DNA of 64,000 nucleotides from Trypanosoma brucei. Its lineage: Eukaryota. The number at the start of each line of letters is the position of its first letter. Position 1 is the stretch's first letter. Under the pieces are notes generated by a model. That model worked only from the letters and a program-made list of their open reading frames with translations, searched no databases and was not told where the DNA came from. The translations under genes and the position numbers were made by a program. Where the stretch lies: contig CP000066.1 of NCBI GenBank assembly GCA_000002445.1, positions 1,536,001 to 1,600,000 on the forward strand, given 5' to 3'. Positions 61,708 to 64,000 of this stretch are shown here, piece after piece.

Positions 61708-62457
61708 TATCATTTAATAAACGGTAATGTAGACTGTTTTGAAGAAAGTATGCTTTTAACGGAGAAGGGAAGTGAGTGTATCAAAACATTTTTCTTGACA
61801 GACGTACATTAAGGGAACATTTTTATTGTTTACTTGCCATATTGCACTGCTAAAAAACTTCTCGTGCTGGAGTTGCGTGCGAAGTATTAGATTTCTTCAC
61901 CGATTCTTTTTTGTAGCGAAGGTAAGGGGAATAGGATATGTAGTTGTGTCGGGGACGGCGTTCTGTTTGTTGAAAGGGATAGCAGGAAGAGAAAACTCTA
62001 CCCCGGGTGAAAGCAACTGACTTGTGCAGTTCGTTCGGATCGATAGACAGGTGGAAATCGCCGCAAAAAGGTTGTAACAGCATTTGATCGGCACATGTGG
62101 TGTAGCGTTTTGGGTTGAGAAATGCACGCATAAAGGCACGGATGCTCAGGAAATACCCTTATTTCTGATAACATAATTGTACGCTAAGCTAGAGAAGGCA
62201 CAACACCAGATTCGAGAATACAACAGAAAAGTGAAGACGGGTGATTTAAGCGGGTCACTGAAATCAAGATCATTAATACAGACGGCAGCATCAGTGGAGG
62301 GGGAAATATTTTTTTTAATACTTGAAACTGTTGAGGAAAAGAGGGTTTGCCACGCCCAGCCGCTAATGATAATGTGAAATGGAAATTTACAGTATCCATT
62401 TAACCTACAATATCATGATTCCTACACCTTTATCATTCTTCCTTTAGCGAAAACAAA

Positions 62458-63522
62458 ATGAGGAAACAACATGTCATATACTACGTATTTTTCTGCTTAG
62501 GAGCCATAGGAAGCAGAGGAGAGACAGAACCAATAACAATACAAAAAGGAACGGAGTGCCACAAAGCATTGGAAACAGCGTTCACCACGCCCAAAAACTG
62601 TGAGAATGTAAGCACAGCGATAAGCGAAATGCCTGAAAATGTTAGCATTGAAACATTCCCGGGGGCATGGACCGTGTGTCAATTCATGGAAAACGAAAAA
62701 GAAAGCACAGTCACGCAATGCATTTTGAAGTTCGAAAACGCAGAGGGAAATCGAATAGCGTGCACCTACGAAACCGAGGGCGGACAAGGAAACGTAAGCT
62801 GCACACAGGAAGTGGATGCTCCGGTGGCTTATCACCCACACTGTGGGGAACATGGAAGTGACCATGGTTATGATAACGGCTATGATGGTTATAATGGCGT
62901 GGCGTATGGTGAACTGGGTTGTCCCGAGCCTGGTCCACCTCCTGCCCAACCGAACGATGAAGCTCACAGGTGCATTGCCGACGTTTTCGCTGCATTTAGT
63001 GGCCACCTTCCATGTGCAAAATTCTACGGCACAGATCAGGCATTCGGTCCTAAGGAAGTCGTCTTCGGCGAGAACGGAAATGAAAAACCAGAATGTGCAG
63101 AAGGAAGCGAACCCCCGGAATCCAAGGTGGTTGGGGAAACATGTGAAGTAAAATTGCGGACAAAAAAACAACCAGAAGAATATGTATGTAAGGTAGAAAC
63201 CTCTAACGGTAAAAGAAAAATAAAGTGTACCCCCAAAACACCAAAAACAATTCCTCAACAAGCGGACACAGTAAAGAAACCAGATACCACTGAATCCATG
63301 CAGAAAAAAGCTGACGATGGTGGTAAAACTGAGGTAACACCAGAAGTAAAAGATGGGCAAAAAGATGAAAAGGGTGGGAAAGAAAGGCAAGAAAAGCAAA
63401 AAATGGAAAATAATACTGGAAAAAGCAATGAAGCAGCGACAAACACTAAAACGCAGGCTTCTTCTTGGAAATCAAATAATCCTATTATCATGTTTTTAAC
63501 ACTTTCTTTATTGTTGCTTTAG
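62458..63522 (+). CDS. Cys-rich, probably GPI-anchored surface protein, 354 aa (tandem copy 4, mosaic).
   Basis: Residues 1 to about 125 and about 245 to the end are identical to copies 2 and 3. The central module B region (about nt 62835-63195) is diverged: 'HCGEHGSDHGYDNGYDGYNGVAYGELGCPEPGPPPAQPNDEAHRCIADVFAAFSGHLPCAKFYGTDQAFGPKEVVFGENGNEKPECAEGSEPPESKVVGETCEVKLRTKKQPEEY'. In places it is closer to copy 1. Confidence 0.75.
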   Translation: MRKQHVIYYVFFCLGAIGSRGETEPITIQKGTECHKALETAFTTPKNCENVSTAISEMPENVSIETFPGAWTVCQFMENEKESTVTQCILKFENAEGNRIACTYETEGGQGNVSCTQEVDAPVAYHPHCGEHGSDHGYDNGYDGYNGVAYGELGCPEPGPPPAQPNDEAHRCIADVFAAFSGHLPCAKFYGTDQAFGPKEVVFGENGNEKPECAEGSEPPESKVVGETCEVKLRTKKQPEEYVCKVETSNGKRKIKCTPKTPKTIPQQADTVKKPDTTESMQKKADDGGKTEVTPEVKDGQKDEKGGKERQEKQKMENNTGKSNEAATNTKTQASSWKSNNPIIMFLTLSLLLL

Positions 63523-64000
63523 TATCATTTAATAAACGGTAATGTAAACTGTTTGGAAGAAAGCATGCTTTTAACGGAGAAGGGAAGTGAGTGTATCAAA
63601 ACATTTTTCTTGACAGACGTACATTAAGGGAACATTTTTATTGTTTACTTGCCATATTGCACTGCTAAAAAACTTCTCGTGCTGGAGTTGCGTGCGAAGT
63701 ATTAGATTTCTTCACCGATTCTTTTTTGTAGCGAAGGTAAGGGGAATAGGATATGTAGTTGTGTCGGGGACGGCGTTCTGTTTGTTGAAAGGGATAGCAG
63801 GAAGAGAAAACTCTACCCCGGGTGAAAGCAACTGACTTGTGCAGTTCGTTCGGATCGATAGACAGGTGGAAATCGCCGCAAAAAGGTTGTAACAGCATTT
63901 GATCGGCACATGTGGTGTAGCGTTTTGGGTTGAGAAATGCACGCATAAAGGCACGGATGCTCAGGAAATACCCTTATTTCTGATAACATAATTGGACGCT

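Larger units (their letters stand above)
58330..64000 (+). repeat. Head-to-tail tandem array of units of about 1.88 kb (gene plus conserved spacer). There are at least 3 full units plus the start of a further unit at the window edge. The divergent founder copy lies at about 56.9-58.3 kb.
   Basis: The period from 58768 to 60646 is 1878 bp, and from 60646 to 62458 it is 1812 bp, because of an indel of about 66 bp in the 5' flank. The last 40 nt of the window ('tcaggaaatacccttatttctgataacataattggacgct') repeat the sequence at about 58390 and 60268, so the array continues beyond 64000. Confidence 0.9.

Noticed and set aside
1-64000. A search for prokaryote-type systems: CRISPR arrays, restriction-modification or toxin-antitoxin pairs, integrases and operons.
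   Set aside because: Nothing in the window has prokaryotic organisation. The gene structure is unidirectional, with intronless eukaryotic genes, polypyrimidine tracts and microsatellites, and the encoded proteins are eukaryotic (IFT, proteasome lid, FACT, SNARE, VSG). The only large direct repeats are the coding 24-bp array and the 1.88-kb gene array. Neither has the structure of CRISPR repeats and spacers.

Overview
This window is nuclear DNA from a kinetoplastid (trypanosomatid), not a prokaryote. The evidence is direct: every long ORF is on the + strand with no strand switch across 64 kb, so it reads as one polycistronic transcription unit. Genes are intronless and separated by 0.5-2 kb spacers full of polypyrimidine tracts (likely trans-splice signals), oligo(A)/(T) runs and (TG)n/(CA)n/(GTT)n/(AT)n microsatellites. 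The gene content and local order (IFT70 - RPB3 - IQ protein - RPN1 ... IFT27 - syntaxin - TrpRS), together with a VSG-like gene, point to an African trypanosome of the Trypanosoma brucei group. From memory this synteny fits the right-hand part of chromosome 3, but that is inference and I cannot verify it here.

The first ~43 kb is a housekeeping core:
- C-terminal part of IFT70/TTC30 (the gene runs off the 5' edge of the window).
- An RNA polymerase RPB3-like subunit.
- A protein with IQ motifs.
- Proteasome subunit RPN1.
- A 2463-aa DOCK-like protein that carries about 50 perfect 24-bp repeats encoding EEEARLRA.
- A WD40 protein resembling a dynein intermediate chain.
- IFT27, a syntaxin-like SNARE, tryptophanyl-tRNA synthetase, mitochondrial ribosomal protein uL3 and FACT subunit SPT16.
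- A crotonase-family enzyme and an NF-X1-type zinc-finger protein.
- An unusual membrane protein that couples a cyclase-homology domain to an STE-type protein kinase.

From ~43 kb the character changes to cell-surface and secretory genes with long, low-complexity spacers:
- A type II membrane glycosyltransferase (GT67-like).
- A small protein with a signal peptide.
- A VSG-like gene.
- A 5.4-kb A-rich region with no ORFs.
- A head-to-tail tandem array, running past the end of the window, of at least four genes for Cys-rich, probably GPI-anchored proteins of about 350 aa. Two copies are identical and one is a mosaic.

The most interesting candidates are the surface-protein array with its signs of gene conversion, the kinase-cyclase fusion, and the giant repeat-bearing DOCK-like protein.

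I found no CRISPR arrays, prokaryotic operons, rRNA genes or confident tRNA genes. tRNAs and snoRNAs cannot be excluded by eye. All product assignments come from remembered motifs and families, not from database searches.
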